DNA of 64,000 nt, from positions 16,390,534-16,454,533 of the forward strand of contig CM120644.1 in assembly GCA_051362555.1 (NCBI GenBank). The letters run 5' to 3'. The position numbers and the translations under genes are program-made. Positions 43,984-56,759 of this stretch are shown piece after piece (positions within the stretch are counted from its first letter, which is position 1; the number at the start of each line of letters is the position of its first letter). Under the pieces are notes generated by a model, which made no database searches, was not told where the DNA came from, and was given only the letters and a program-made list of their open reading frames with translations. Origin of the DNA: Lingula anatina (Eukaryota > Animalia > Brachiopoda).

Positions 43984-46900
43984 ATGAGTGAGTTTACCAC
44001 CAGTTACCAGCCTCTCCCGGCCTCTGGGTATGAGGAAGATGAAGTGGACACCCCTCACATGGAGACTGATGTCTTAATACACGTTGTCCCTGAGGAGAGC
44101 AGCAAATGTAAGTTTTGAGATAAAAATAGTAAATATATAAATAACAAAGAAGAGGATGATGATGATGACAATCAGGGCTTAAGACATTTTTTTTCTCCAC
44201 TGGTCCTTCGGGTCAGTAAGGTCCAGTAAATATAACAAAGGTTACTTGGCGTATTAAATTTTATTTGTCCTTCAGGACAGCAGCCCCTGTGATTCACTGA
44301 CCCGAAATTGGTTTTCAGTGGCCCTGGGCAAATGGGCTACCTGTAATGTCAAACCCGGATAATGAAAATGATGATAGTGGTGGTGATGGTCGTAGTCACT
44401 TGTCATTTTTTGTTGAATTATTTGTCTTAACTTTCAATTTTTCAAACCTGTTATTTCCTTTCAGTGTCGTGATGATTAATATACATTATAGGTTGTCATG
44501 AATTAAAATTCTTATAATTAATTTAATCACAATGTAAACTTGCCTGAAGGGGATTGACAAAGTTTTTAAACTAAAATGGAAGTGAATGCAGCCTCAAAAG
44601 ATCCGTTGTTTTGTTTTTATTCAGCACGATGGAATCATATCGAGAATCTGGATGAGTTTTTTGCCAGGGTTTATCAGTATCATCAGAGGAATGGATTTTT
44701 CTGCATGGTGCTTGAAGATGTGCTGCAGCTGTTGTAAGTGACATCATGTGGGTTATGGCGTGTTCACAGCTGGTCTTAATTAAAACTAATATGTATGTCA
44801 TTGACAGCTTGAACACACAAAGACTACAAGTCTGTATATATATATTTATCTATATCTTGGTCTTTATAAGTCTCAGCTCTTGCCATAATTAAGTTAATTT
44901 TAGGTGGCCTGTTTCAGAAAACCGGTGAATCCCCTGCATAAACAGACCTTTTGAAAAGTAAAATTAAATATTTATGAAATCTGTTGTATTTCTTGTTCTT
45001 TCTGTTCTTTCTGCCCTCTTTCAATTTTTTTCCAGGATCAAACTTTGAAAAGTAATTTGGAAAAAAAATCGTGCTGTACCCTTTTCTGTAAAATGTTTCT
45101 TCTTTCCACTTAATTTTTTTTCTAAGATCAAATTTTCTTCTTAATTTCAGGCAATTTGTATTCGTGATACTTTTCTCATCATACCTGATAGAGTGCGTCA
45201 AGTATGACGTGGTGTTTGATGAGATATATCGTAACAATACACACGGTCACCACAAGGTCACCATAGCAGAGTCTGTTATACCACTAGACCAGTGTGTTAG
45301 TAGGTGAGTGAGATATGCCGTAACAGTACACAGCATAAGGTCAACTTAGCAGAGTCTGTTATATACCACTAGACCAGTGTGTTAGCAGGTGAGTGGCATT
45401 AGTTAATTTAAACTGGGTTTCTTAGAAGATGTTGTACACAAGTCACATATTGCATACTTATTATGGAGACCATCTGTTTTTGCCACAGACTGTAATTTAT
45501 TTATTTATTTATTTATTGGACTTAACTTTATGAGGGTTAATTCTTAGCAATTTGATATCTGAAAATTATCTACCGTACCCCTTATCTTCTTTGTTTTTAT
45601 GTGGGGTCTGCACTTCAGATTTACTTCATTAGAGTTATGTGCCCAGATTAAGCAAGGCCACTATACACAAGTACAAGGTCTACTGAACGAGGTTACAAAA
45701 TATTATACCAGTGATTAAAAATACATAACATTTCACTAATTATAAGATAGAGGAGAACTTAAGTCAGTCTCATAACTTGGAAAATGTTTTGACAGCTCTG
45801 TGTTTTTGTTCACAGTTCACTGTAGATGGGATGCATCATAACCCTCATGGAATCCTTTGATTTCAGTGTTCGGCCATTTGTTGCCATATGTCTCCTGGTG
45901 GCGGCAGTGTTTTGGGTCCTGAGGCTTATCAAGGTGGTCTACAATGTGCTCAAGTATTGGGAGATAAGAGCCTTCTACCTGACTGCTCTCAAAATTTCAG
46001 CAGTAAGTCTTTATAATAATGTAGATTGTGTAAATTAAGAAACTATAACAAATAAAAAAATACATTAAATTCCACATAACTTCAAAAAGAGTAGCTGAGG
46101 ATAATAGATACATAGCACTTATTAATAATCCAAATTTTTTTCAAAATCAAACTTTTCAATTTTTTCCATCAAAATGGAAGTTTTGTATTATGCAACCTTC
46201 TTGCCATAGATAATCTGTTATATATTATTATTATTATTATTATTATTTGTGTGTTCAAATGAGTTATCTTTATTTCAATTTATTGATCCTGAATGCATTT
46301 CTTTTTTCCGTATGATGAATTGTGCAATAAAATTGTTTTCTGTTCAAGGACGAGTTGCCTAATCTGACCTGGCACGAGGTACAGAAGAGGGTCGTAGAAG
46401 TCCAGCAAGAACAACAGATGTGTATACACAAGAAGGAGCTGACAGAACTAGGTCGGTAACGAAACGTGAAACAAAATGCTTTGGATATTGGCATTAAAAT
46501 GAATTTTCAGATAAGGTTGTAGTCATTCAAAGAAAAGAATTTTTTCAGTGCATATTTCTATCATTTTTCTCTCTTCTTTTTTCTAGTATTTATACATTTT
46601 TAAAACTGTTTAGTAAAGCACTCATAGGAAAGTGGAGTAAGCAGCAAGCTTTTAAGTTTGTCAGCTATTTTTGATTCGCAAATCATTTAGTGCACAGATC
46701 AACTTGCTTCTTAAAAGACTCATATTTGCTTGTAGACCTCTAATAACATTTAAGACACACATAGAACATTTTAATAGAAATCTTGTACTTATTTAGCATA
46801 TTCTTAATAATATGTTATTTGCTTCAGATATTTATAACAGAATTCTACGTTTCAAAAACTACCAAGTGGCAATGGTGAACAAATCTCTTTTACCCCTGAA

Positions 46901-49900
46901 ATATAGGATTCCTTTTGTAGGAGATTAGTAAGTACTTGGCTGCTTGAAAGAAGTCAAGTATTATTCTTTTATTATTGCAGAAACTTGCAATGATTTAAAT
47001 TTAATTTAGTTTATGGCAATTTTTATTGCTTATTGTTTTAAAATTTAATAAAATATATTTGACATAAAAATAATTAGCTAAAATTATACTTAATATTTGC
47101 TTTAAAGCATTGTGCTAAGGAACTGAATGAATTCTATTAGTCAGCTTCCAGTATAAGATAATTCTCATGGAAATTGAGCCTTTTTGTTTTGACTATATAT
47201 TATAGACTATATATTATACATATATATTTTTTTCTTGCAGTGTTTTCCTCTCTACTGGTCTTAAGTACAATTTGGAGATGATATTATTCTGTAAGTAAAT
47301 CTGAAAAGAACATGTGCATACACCCCATACTTCAGATTAAAAAGTCATCAGGAAATGAAAAAAATTACAGGTTGTCCAAAAGTTAGAGATGGAATTACAC
47401 ACACCCATTTGTGTAGCATGCTAACAATCTTAAAAGTTGGAAAGGTTTGTGTACAGTTATATAGAAGTTCTTAAAGGGATATCAGAGTTGTTTCCTATTT
47501 GTCAGTGTCTTAAAAAGAAATCAAATTCTTATGAACTTAGTGTAGAATTATTCTTTATTTTTAATTTCACTTTATTTTCAGGGGGCCCATGGGCTCCATT
47601 TGAGAACTATTGGCATTTAAAACAGGACTTCAAAAATTACCATAAAAGGAAAGAACTAGCTGACTAGTAAGTAAAATAGTTATATTGATTTATTGGGTTA
47701 CTGCAGTTTATGTTTATTGATTTAAAATGCATCATTGTACAATAATTAGCTGATCCTTGTGAGGAAATTATGTAAATTAATGTTTTAGACAAAGAAAAGA
47801 TATGTGTAATTTTGTTGTGTTATTTTTACTGAGCTTTTTCTCTCACAAAGGCTATAAAAAGTTACTAAGCAACATCCATTGTTATTTGCATAATTACAAA
47901 TTTTCAACAATGCTAAATATTCCTTTAAAGGAATGCAACAGTTAACTTGTTTGCTTTGTTATAAATACTAATTTTAACAGTAATTGTCTATTTCCTATGA
48001 AGTTTAGGATTTAGTGGTTCTCTGAACTTAACTGTTTGATAAAACTTGAGTGTAAAAACAGCTGATGAAATTCTTTGCTAGATCCAAAGATTTAGCCCTC
48101 AATAATGTTAAGTTCGACTTCTTTATTCCAGTCTTTCAAGGAGGCTAATAATCTTCAGTATACTCAATGCTTTGTTGTCTCCACTGATTTTTGTATGGCA
48201 GATTCTCACATATTTTTATACATATGCAGAGGTTATTGTTTTCCTCTTCAAAACAATCTTCAAGATACAATCTTCACCTTCAAAAATTATAGTCATTCTT
48301 CAAGATACAATCTTGAAAAATTGATTGTAAATGCAGAACACAGAAATGTTAAAAAATTGTGCTGTTCTGGGTTTTATGTTCCAAAAATCAAATGTTTTGC
48401 AAAGCAAAGTCTCAATTTTATTAATGTATCTTAAAGGTATAATAACTCTTCGTGTTGGCCAAAAAATTAATTTTCCTGGAGTAAACAACAATTTTCCCAT
48501 ATTTACCAATGGTTAATGAATCCATTTTTACATTCAATGTTAGTACCTGTTTTTTTTTTTTTTTTTGAAAAGTTTGGTTTTTTGTTAAAATCTCTTAAGA
48601 GATTATAACGAAGTACAGCCATCAATGGAGGTCACGTGATCTGAAGACAAGCTCAGATATCAGAATAATAGCTATAACTGCCGTTTTTGTGGTAAAACAG
48701 AATATATTATATTTCTATGAGTCGTTCACAATGTTTTTATGTGAAATATAGATATCATACGAAGAGTTATTATCCCTTTAATTGTTTATTTTGTTTTATT
48801 TTTACGTGTGGATAATCAACTTTTCTTTATGTCTCAGACAGTCTGAAGTGGGACCATCCCAGTTTGTGCCAAAAAACTTTTTGTCCTCTAATCCTTCGGG
48901 TTCACTAGACCTAAATTAAAGCACATACTAGACCTAACATAGTGACCCAAAGCAGACACAAATTTACAGAGTTTCACTGACCAAGATTCATTTAATAAAC
49001 TGGGAATTTGTGTGGGCCATTAATTAAGTCACAGAAGTTGAGGCTTTGCTTTTGCTCATTAAAACACCTAATCTCATATCCAAAAAAATTCAGCAATTAT
49101 CCTGAGCACGCACACCCCCTGCTTCTAAGAGTATAACATGAAAAAATAAAAAAATGAGTAAAATACTGAAATTATAACAGCACAGTTGATTACCAAAATG
49201 GATAAATTGTGATAATTCTTTCCTGTAGTGTTTCCCAAAGAATCCTCTGGCTAGGACTTGCCAACCTGATTCTCTCCCCATTGATCTTCCTGTGGCAGAT
49301 TCTTTATTCCTTCTTCAGATATGCAGAGGTAAGTAGGGATTGACGTGTTATATCTATTGTACATCCATTAGGAGGGGCAGAGGTACCTTGGTTTTGGCCT
49401 TGTACCACCAGTGTGAAAGCCAGGGGTACCTTGGTTTTGGCCTAGTACCACCAGTGTGAGGGCCAGGGGTACCTTGATTTTGGCCTTGTACCACCAATGT
49501 GAGGGCCAGAGGTACCTTAATTTTGGCCTTGTACCACCAGTGTGAGGGCCAGAGGTACCTTAATTTTGGCCTTGTACTACAAGTAGTACCTTTGTTTTAA
49601 TCTTGTACAACAATTGGAAGGCATGAAATTACCTTGCTTTAAACCATGTACAAACAGCAAGAAGGCTGAAGGTACCTTGGTTTTGAACCTGTACCACTTT
49701 TAGGGAGGCTTGAAATACCTTAGTTTTGCCAGGTACCTCCAGTGTGTGTATTGAAATTACCTTCAATTAATTTTGGCCTAAATTTGAACCATCTTCCTCA
49801 TAGTACTGGAAATAAAGCCCTGTTACAACCACCCCTCATTTTAACTTTATTGAAATTACATAGTAATATACCCTCATCTCAAGTGCATATAATATCAACT

Positions 49901-50572
49901 TGAATCTGCCAAGTAGTTATTGGATGTATATTTGAAGGCATGATGTTTGACTTACCGTTACATAGTATCTCTTTGTTTCCTTATAAATATTATAAGAAGT
50001 CAAACACATGAAAATTGTTCTTGAATGTTATACTGCATTGAATTTGTTACAATTAAAATGTCTTTACATATATATATATATATATGAGTTCGTAAAAGAG
50101 CATTTTGTAAATATGTTTTTAGAAATATTATATACATTGGTACATGCCACTACTTAAATATTTAATTATTTTATATCTTTTATGTCCTCAGATCATTAAG
50201 AGACAGCCTGGCAGTCTAGGAGCAAGGAGATGGTCCCTGTATGGGCGTCTGTACCTGAGGCATTTCAACGAGCTAGATCACGAGTTTGAGGCCCGTTTAA
50301 ATCGAGGCTACAAACCAGCCGAGGAATACATGAATATCTTTACTTCCCCTGTATTAGTTATTCTTGCCAAGTAAGTACAGTCAAGATCATAGCAAATATA
50401 ATATAATATAATTTACTGATGGTGAATCATTCAGGTGATAAATTTGGAAAAAAAATTAATGTAATTATGTTGATGTAATGCACTTTGAATGAAAAGATGT
50501 GTTCTCTATGAATGATAGATGGTTATAATTGTCTTTTTCAAAAAAAATTAAATTATTATTATTATTTAAATT

Positions 50573-50615
<43 letters not shown>

Positions 50616-51282
50616 TTTGTTGTGTGAAATGTGAGACTATATGTGATTAAGGATATTTTAAGCGGAGCCTTTGCATATTTTCAGGAATGTGGTGTTCTTT
50701 GCTGGTGCTGTGCTGGCCGTGCTGATCATCCTGACCCTGATAGATGAGGACACACTACAAGTAGAGAATATTCTGAGGATGATGACTATACTGGGAGCTG
50801 TGGTGGCTGTGTGTAGGGCTGTCATACCTGCTGAGGTACTGCAGTGCCTTATTATGTGTTTGAGTGTGTGTGTGTGTGTGTGTGTGGGGGGGGGGGGAGG
50901 GGGGGAGACACCCTCCAAGTAGAGAATATTCTGAGGATGATGACTATACTAGGAGCTTTGGTGGCTGTGTGTGGGGCTGTTATACCTGCTGAGGTACTAC
51001 AGTGGCTTATTGTGTTTGTGTGTGGGGGGGGGGGGGGGAGAAAACACCCTCCAAGTGGTGAATATACTGAGGACGATGACTATACTGGGAGCTGTGGTGG
51101 CTGTGTGTAGGGCTGTTATACCTGCTGAGGTAATGCAGTGGCTTGTGTATGTGGGGGGGGGGGGGGGGGGGGGGGCACCCTCCAAGTAGAGAATATCCTA
51201 AGGATGATGACTATACTGGGAGCTCTGGTGGCTGTGTGTAGGGATGTCATTTTGTCTGAGGTAATGCAGTGGCCTATTTAGC

Positions 51283-51316
<34 letters not shown>

Positions 51317-54300
51317 GGGGGGGGACATTCTCCAAGTGGAGAATATACTGAGGATGATGACTATACTGGGAGCTTTGTTTGCTGAGTGTAGGGCATTATT
51401 ACCACCTGAGGTAATGCAGTGACTTCGTTTGAATTAGTTTTAGCTAGGGTACTCTAAGTGAAGAATATACTGAGGTTGATTACATTACATAGCACTATAC
51501 ATAAGGGGCAGTTATCACTGAGCATGAGGCAGTCTTACCAGCTGAGTTCATGTTATCTAACGGTTCATTCAGCTGTTGGGTGGTGGTGGCAGTGACTGTG
51601 TAGGGGAAGGATGTAGGAAGGGATAGAGAAGCAGAGGGGAAGAATGGTAAGATGTTTTTGAGACAGCCATATTAGCAGAAGGAATGTAGTTCTGGGTGGT
51701 TCATTCAGAATTTAGGAAGGGAGGTAGCAGCAGGTGGTAAGGGCATTTAGTAAATAGAAAGTAAGAAGTGTTAAGAACAATAACGTGTTCAATATAGCCA
51801 TTTTGGGAAGGTTAAGATGACCATGTGTATTATGATAAAAATGTATTTAAAATACTATTTCTTTCTGTGATTCCAGCATATGGTGTTCTGTCCAGAGTTT
51901 CTGATGACCCACATCTTGAAGGAGGTCCATTACATCCCTGACTCCTGGAAAGGCAATGCTCACACTCACAAAGTCAGGCAGGAGTTTGCACAGCTGTTCC
52001 AGTACAAGGCTGTAAGTTATCAGTTATTATTTTTATTTATTTATTTATTGATGTATTTTTAAAAAAAGTTATTATCACACCCATAACCAGGAAGGAGTAA
52101 GTGAACAGTCTTAATATTATTTTGTATTTATTTATTCTTTTTGTTAAGTTTTTATGTACAGACACAGATGTGTCTGTACATATTGCCATCACCTGCGTCT
52201 GTCGTCGCCGTCGCCGATGGCGATGCCGATGGCGATGCCGGCGCCGTGCACTTTCCTTGTAAACACGATAAGTGGAGGGCAGTTTTACTTTTTGGCTTTA
52301 TATTTACAGAGCTGATGAATATTCATAAAACGCAGGTCAAGTTCGAAAATCAGCATGATCGGGCCATTATTGTAGAAGTTATGCTGTTTTTTCACTTTTC
52401 AGCATATTTTTCACATTTCCTCAGATTCAATTCTTAGGCATGTTAACAGTCTCATTATTAAACTAATAAGATACGTAAAAGTGTTTGTTTGACATTTCCT
52501 GCATCTTTACAACATTGTTAGTTGATTTTGTAAAAATGATGGTAAACTTGTTATCGTGTATTGTGTAATAAAGTTTCAAAAATGGAAATAAACTCATATC
52601 ATTGCAGTTTGTCAGATTCAATCATTCACTATGTTCAGACTCTCAGAATGGAAGAAATTGGACATTTAACACTGCTCTGTTGATATTTTTCCCATCTCAT
52701 CAATTTTCTTAGTTGATGATATAAAAATGGCAGTAAACTGTTAATTTTGTTTTATGTTAAAAATTGTTAAAAATGGAAAAAAAAACATTTCAGAACAGTG
52801 CTGTCTTGTTTTATTATCACACAGAGAGGCAGGGGAAGGGTTTGCACAGCCTTTCCAGTACAAGACTAATAACACTTTATTTATTTATTTATTTATTTTA
52901 TTCTTCAGCTCTATCTCCTGGAGGAGTTGATCAGCCCCCTGGTGACCCCCCTGATCCTCTGCTTCTCTATACGCCACAAGGCTTACGATATTGTCGACTT
53001 CTACAGAAACTTCACTGTAGAGGTCACTGGTGTCGGTGACGTCTGCTCATTTGCTCAGATGGACATAAGAAAACATGGCAATCCCCAGGTATGGAAGGAT
53101 ATTATCAGGCTTTTTTTTCACAACTTTGGAGGAATGTATAATGATTTGATTTTTTGAAGTGTTTGATAGCCAGATTATTGCATGCAGTGATTTAGTACAC
53201 TGTTCAAAATATTTTTAAAAAAAGTGGATTTTTCCTCCTTAAAACTTTATACTCTATATCCTGATTTTTGTGCTGGCTGCAATATGGTATTTGCTGGTTG
53301 GCAGACATGTTAAGAATCAGCCTGGGCAGCTCAAATTTTCACAAATTTAAAACAGCTGCAGCTGTAATTGCCAAAGCAAAAAAAGAAAAAAAAAATCACA
53401 TAGCTTTTTCTTCATTAGGGCAAAAGGCCCAGCGGTTGTTGCATGATGTAGATTTAAACATATTGGTGCAGAAGCTTTGTAATGTTATTTGGATTGGTGT
53501 CAGAATGTACTATGTAATTGTGAGGCTGTGAAAATGATAAACGTTAGTAAAGTAAAAATGTAAGAAAAAAGTTAACATTTGAAAATGGTGAGTAATTACC
53601 GTATTCCTAATTCCAGTGGGTAAAAGAAGAACAGACCCAGGCAGACCTGTACCACCAGGCTGAGGATGGGAAGGCTGAGCTGTCACTCATGCATTTTGCT
53701 GTAAGTTAAATGATAATATAATATAATATAATATAATATAATATAATATAATATAATTACACTGTCAGTTAGACTGCATTCAAGGCTTTTCCCAGCAAAT
53801 GTCCAGCTGTCACTTAGATGGCCGCCTGCATCACCAGATGGCGTATATTTTCACAGACAGCTGGATGGATTATGAATGTTTTGGAAAAATGATGGCTTGG
53901 ACTCCCTCAAATTTTGTAGGAAAAGTCAGGAGATAATTTTAGACAGCCATTAAGTTGGTAGATGATGCAAAACTCTGGCATTTGCTATTGATTTAATCCA
54001 CAAAATGAATACTTAATTAATTAGTGCACTTTTGATATTTAAAATAATTTGACATTTTTTATGGAATGTTCTGCTTTCAGCTCACCAATCCAGAATGGAA
54101 ACCACCAGAGAACTGCAGCGTGTTTCTGAACGACATCAAGGATCAGGCCGTCAATGACGCCAACACTGCAGTAGTGGCCCCTGGGGATAACGCCCTGTTT
54201 ACTTCTCTACACACCTTCTCTGCCCTTAGTCCAGGCGTGGTTAGTATTATTGTAATTAGACCCGTTATAGTTAAAGGTCTAATAAAAATTTTTGAAATGT

Positions 54301-54779
54301 ATCTCAAATTTGACATTTTTTCTTTACATTTATATGATTTGAAGTTTTATGTTTAATCAATCAGTAGCAGTATGCTAAAGCTGTTTCTTTCTTGAACTAA
54401 GCAATTATCCAAATATATGCTGAAATTACTTGGAGAATACTCTTAAGACTAACATTATTCGAGAATGTTTTAAATGTAGATATTTTTCCTTTCCTCCCCC
54501 CACAGTACAACAGCATCAACATCTCTAGTGTAGTCCCAGGACCATCCGGGATGGCATCGGCTCATCATAGCATGCGCCCCCTGGGGACCGTTCCTGGCCC
54601 TATGAGTCCCCCTGGTGGCAGTCACCTGAGGGGGGCTGGTGTGGCACATGCTGAGGGCCCACTACAGGGGAGTGGGAAGGGAATCCTGGCCAGTCTCCAC
54701 AGCTCTGGAGCTCTGTCTGGCAGTGCCACTGGGCTGGGTGAGTATCAGTGTGTGTGTGTGTGTAAGCATGTGTGTATAA

Positions 54780-54817
<38 letters not shown>

Positions 54818-55336
54818 AAATCTGCTGGCAAAGCCACTTGTCAAGGTATTAGTATCAAGGTGTCTATATAAATTATGTTTTTAACCCACTTTTACCAGAA
54901 ATGTGTTTATTTTAACGAACTTTTACAGGTGTGTTTTAGAGAGTATTTTAACTTATTCAGTAACTGTTTGGTATGGACGTGCAACTGTGGAGGAGAGGAA
55001 CAAGTTGGAAAAGATCGTCGAAACTGCAGGGATTGTAATTGGAACAGATCTAACTCCCGTCCATACTATATATCTAGACAGGACTAAAAAGAAAACATTA
55101 TCAATAATCACAGACAGTTCCCATCCAGCCCATACCCTTTTTAAATTTTTACCTAGCAATTCGAGACTCTTAGCTTTTAAGGGTAGTAAGCGATTTTTAA
55201 ATAGCTTTTATCCTTCGGCAGTAACTATTTTTAACTCTAACATGTAATTTTAATTTTCATTTTTTATATTTCAATGGCGCTACTACAGGGCAAAAGATTC
55301 CCGATTTTATACATTTGTATTTTATTGGCTTAATAA

Positions 55337-55368
<32 letters not shown>

Positions 55369-55676
55369 AGATTCTACTGGTCATTGAGGCCTAAATAACA
55401 TAAACACAATGTTTTCCGATGGATCAGTAAATGTTAAATGAGCAATAGAGAAACCAAAACTAATAAGTATGCAAGTAAACCTTTATATTTATATACACTA
55501 GAAAAGCACTCCGAGAGCGCAGACTTCCGCCAAGGCAGCAATTTTTTATTATTATTCATTATTGATTGATTATTGATCTGAATCATCACCAAAAACTAGT
55601 CATCTGTTCCTTAGCCCACTTCTGACAGTTCCTGAAAATTTCATCAAAATCGGTCCATAACTTGAGTTATGTTGAT

Positions 55677-55708
<32 letters not shown>

Positions 55709-56131
55709 AACAAACAGGGGTGAAAAAATAACCTCCTTGGCAGATGTAATGAGTATGTCTTTGTCTCCCTAGGTTCTGGTCCTACCAGTCTGGACACCGG
55801 TCACTTCCTGTCCAGTGAAGTCTCTCAAGAGCTGAGCTCCGCTGAAATGAGTTTCAGCGCCCTCTATATACATGAGCTCCACAGGCGCCGCAGACAGGGG
55901 CAACACAGATTAGAGTATCTGGACTTTGACGGTCGCCCCCATGTAGAGCTTCAGGAACTGGGCACGAGGTTGACCTTTGACCTTGACCCAATGCCAGGTC
56001 ACGGAGGGGTCAGAGGTCATATGTCAAATATAGTCGAGAGCCCCCAGGAGGAGAAAAGCGAGGAGGAGATGAGCAACGAAGATGCTATCACTTTTGTTTC
56101 ATTCGATGAGAGAGTCACCAAGTCCACGTGA
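43984..56131 (+). CDS. ATG9: Autophagy-related protein 9 (lipid scramblase); exons 43984-44107, 44625-44733, 45151-45303, 45867-46002, 46349-46451, 46828-46927, 47241-47291, 47582-47666, [48132-48231 or 49229-49328], 50192-50370, 50685-50835, 51877-52011, 52909-53088, 53617-53700, 54081-54239, 54506-54737, 55773-56131
   Basis: WNHIENLDEFFARVYQYHQRNGFFCM, DIYNRILRFKNYQVAMVNK, LGARRWSLYGRLYLRHFNELDHE..RLNRGYKPA, QLFQYKA, FTVEVTGVGDVCSFAQMD, QAEDGKAELSLMHFALTNPEWKPP; all introns GT-AG with consistent phases. Confidence 0.96.
48132..48231 (+). CDS. ATG9: ATG9 alternative exon 9a (duplicate of exon 49229-49328)
   Basis: ttattccag|...GCAGAG|gttatt; 100 nt; translates (Y)LSRRLIIFSILNALLSPLIFVWQILTYFYTYAE with the same length and phases as exon 9b. 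Confidence 0.8.
49382..49760 (+). repeat. 43-bp minisatellite just downstream of ATG9 exon 9b
   Basis: GGTACCTTGGTTTTGGCCTTGTACCACCAGTGTGAGGGCCAG(A/G) at 49382, 49425, 49468, 49511 and 49554, then degenerate copies. Confidence 0.9.
50836..51550 (+). repeat. Tandem copies of the 3' half of ATG9 exon 50685-50835 with its donor site
   Basis: Four clear copies and one degenerate copy of CAAGTAGAGAATATTCTGAGGATGATGACTATACTGGGAGCT...CTGAG|GTA, separated by (GT)n-polyG. Confidence 0.92.
52150..52400 (+). mobile_element. HINE/pearl-like non-autonomous element fragment in an ATG9 intron
   Basis: (GTC/GCCGAT)n tract followed by CACTTTCCTTGTAAACACGATAA and GGTCAAGTTCGAAAATCAGC, motifs recalled as typical of these elements. 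Confidence 0.55.
54850..55367 (+). mobile_element. 5'-truncated LINE (Rex1/Babar-like) with AATAAA and (ATT)n tail in the last ATG9 intron
   Basis: FYRCVLESILTYSVTVWYG..ERNKLEKIV..IITDSSHPAHTLFKFLPS..RFLNSFYPSAV*, followed by a 3' UTR and the tail. Confidence 0.88.
55497..55750 (-). mobile_element. Non-autonomous Helentron (same family as 14882-15134), ending about 20 nt before the last ATG9 exon
   Basis: CTAGAAAAGCACTCCGAGAGCGCAGAC..CCGCCAAGG, (GACA)n, AACCTCCTTGGCAGA. Confidence 0.8.
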
Positions 56132-56715
56132 TGCATGTCTTCATGAATTTTAACGAGTCGACTTGAATATTTTTGAAAAAAGTTACTTGTAGAACGCTTT
56201 GATCTTAGGTGTACTTTTCTGAGGAGCGGGTTTTCTGATAAATCATGTAATGTATCCTTCAGATAGAAAAAAAGTTTTAAAAGTGGGTGATATGAGTATT
56301 AATGTAGGATGAATTGAGAAATCTGTTCTTTAACAGCCATACTATCAAGTCATTAAATTTGAAGTGCCACACAAGTTTAATACCAAGTTAGTACTGCATA
56401 AGTTTGTTAAATTAGCATTTTGCATAGTTATAACAATTGTGACTGTCACAGTAATTCTGCATTTTGCATAATTTTAGTTTGGGGATAGCTTGCCATAGTG
56501 TGATGTGTATTTTGTAAAGGATTTTTTTTTTCTTTTTCGGTGCTGACACTCGTATGTATGTTGATAGTGGACTAAATTGGTGAGGGATAGAGGGATGATG
56601 TGAACATCCTCTCTTTGTGGTGCATGCAGCTTGTAGTGCCTCTTGTTTGAGTGGCAGCTGTTAGTAGAGTAACTGTAACAGCACTTACTGAAGGGATTGG
56701 AGGGGGGAGTGAAAA

Positions 56716-56759
<44 letters not shown>

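Noticed and set aside
45816-45866. Upstream acceptors for ATG9 exon 4
   Set aside because: Both introduce in-frame stops; 45867 is the only nearby acceptor that preserves the frame.
47664-47670. Apparent premature TAG in ATG9 (also at 46926)
   Set aside because: The G belongs to the GTAAGT donor; TA joins the next exon's T to give Tyr.
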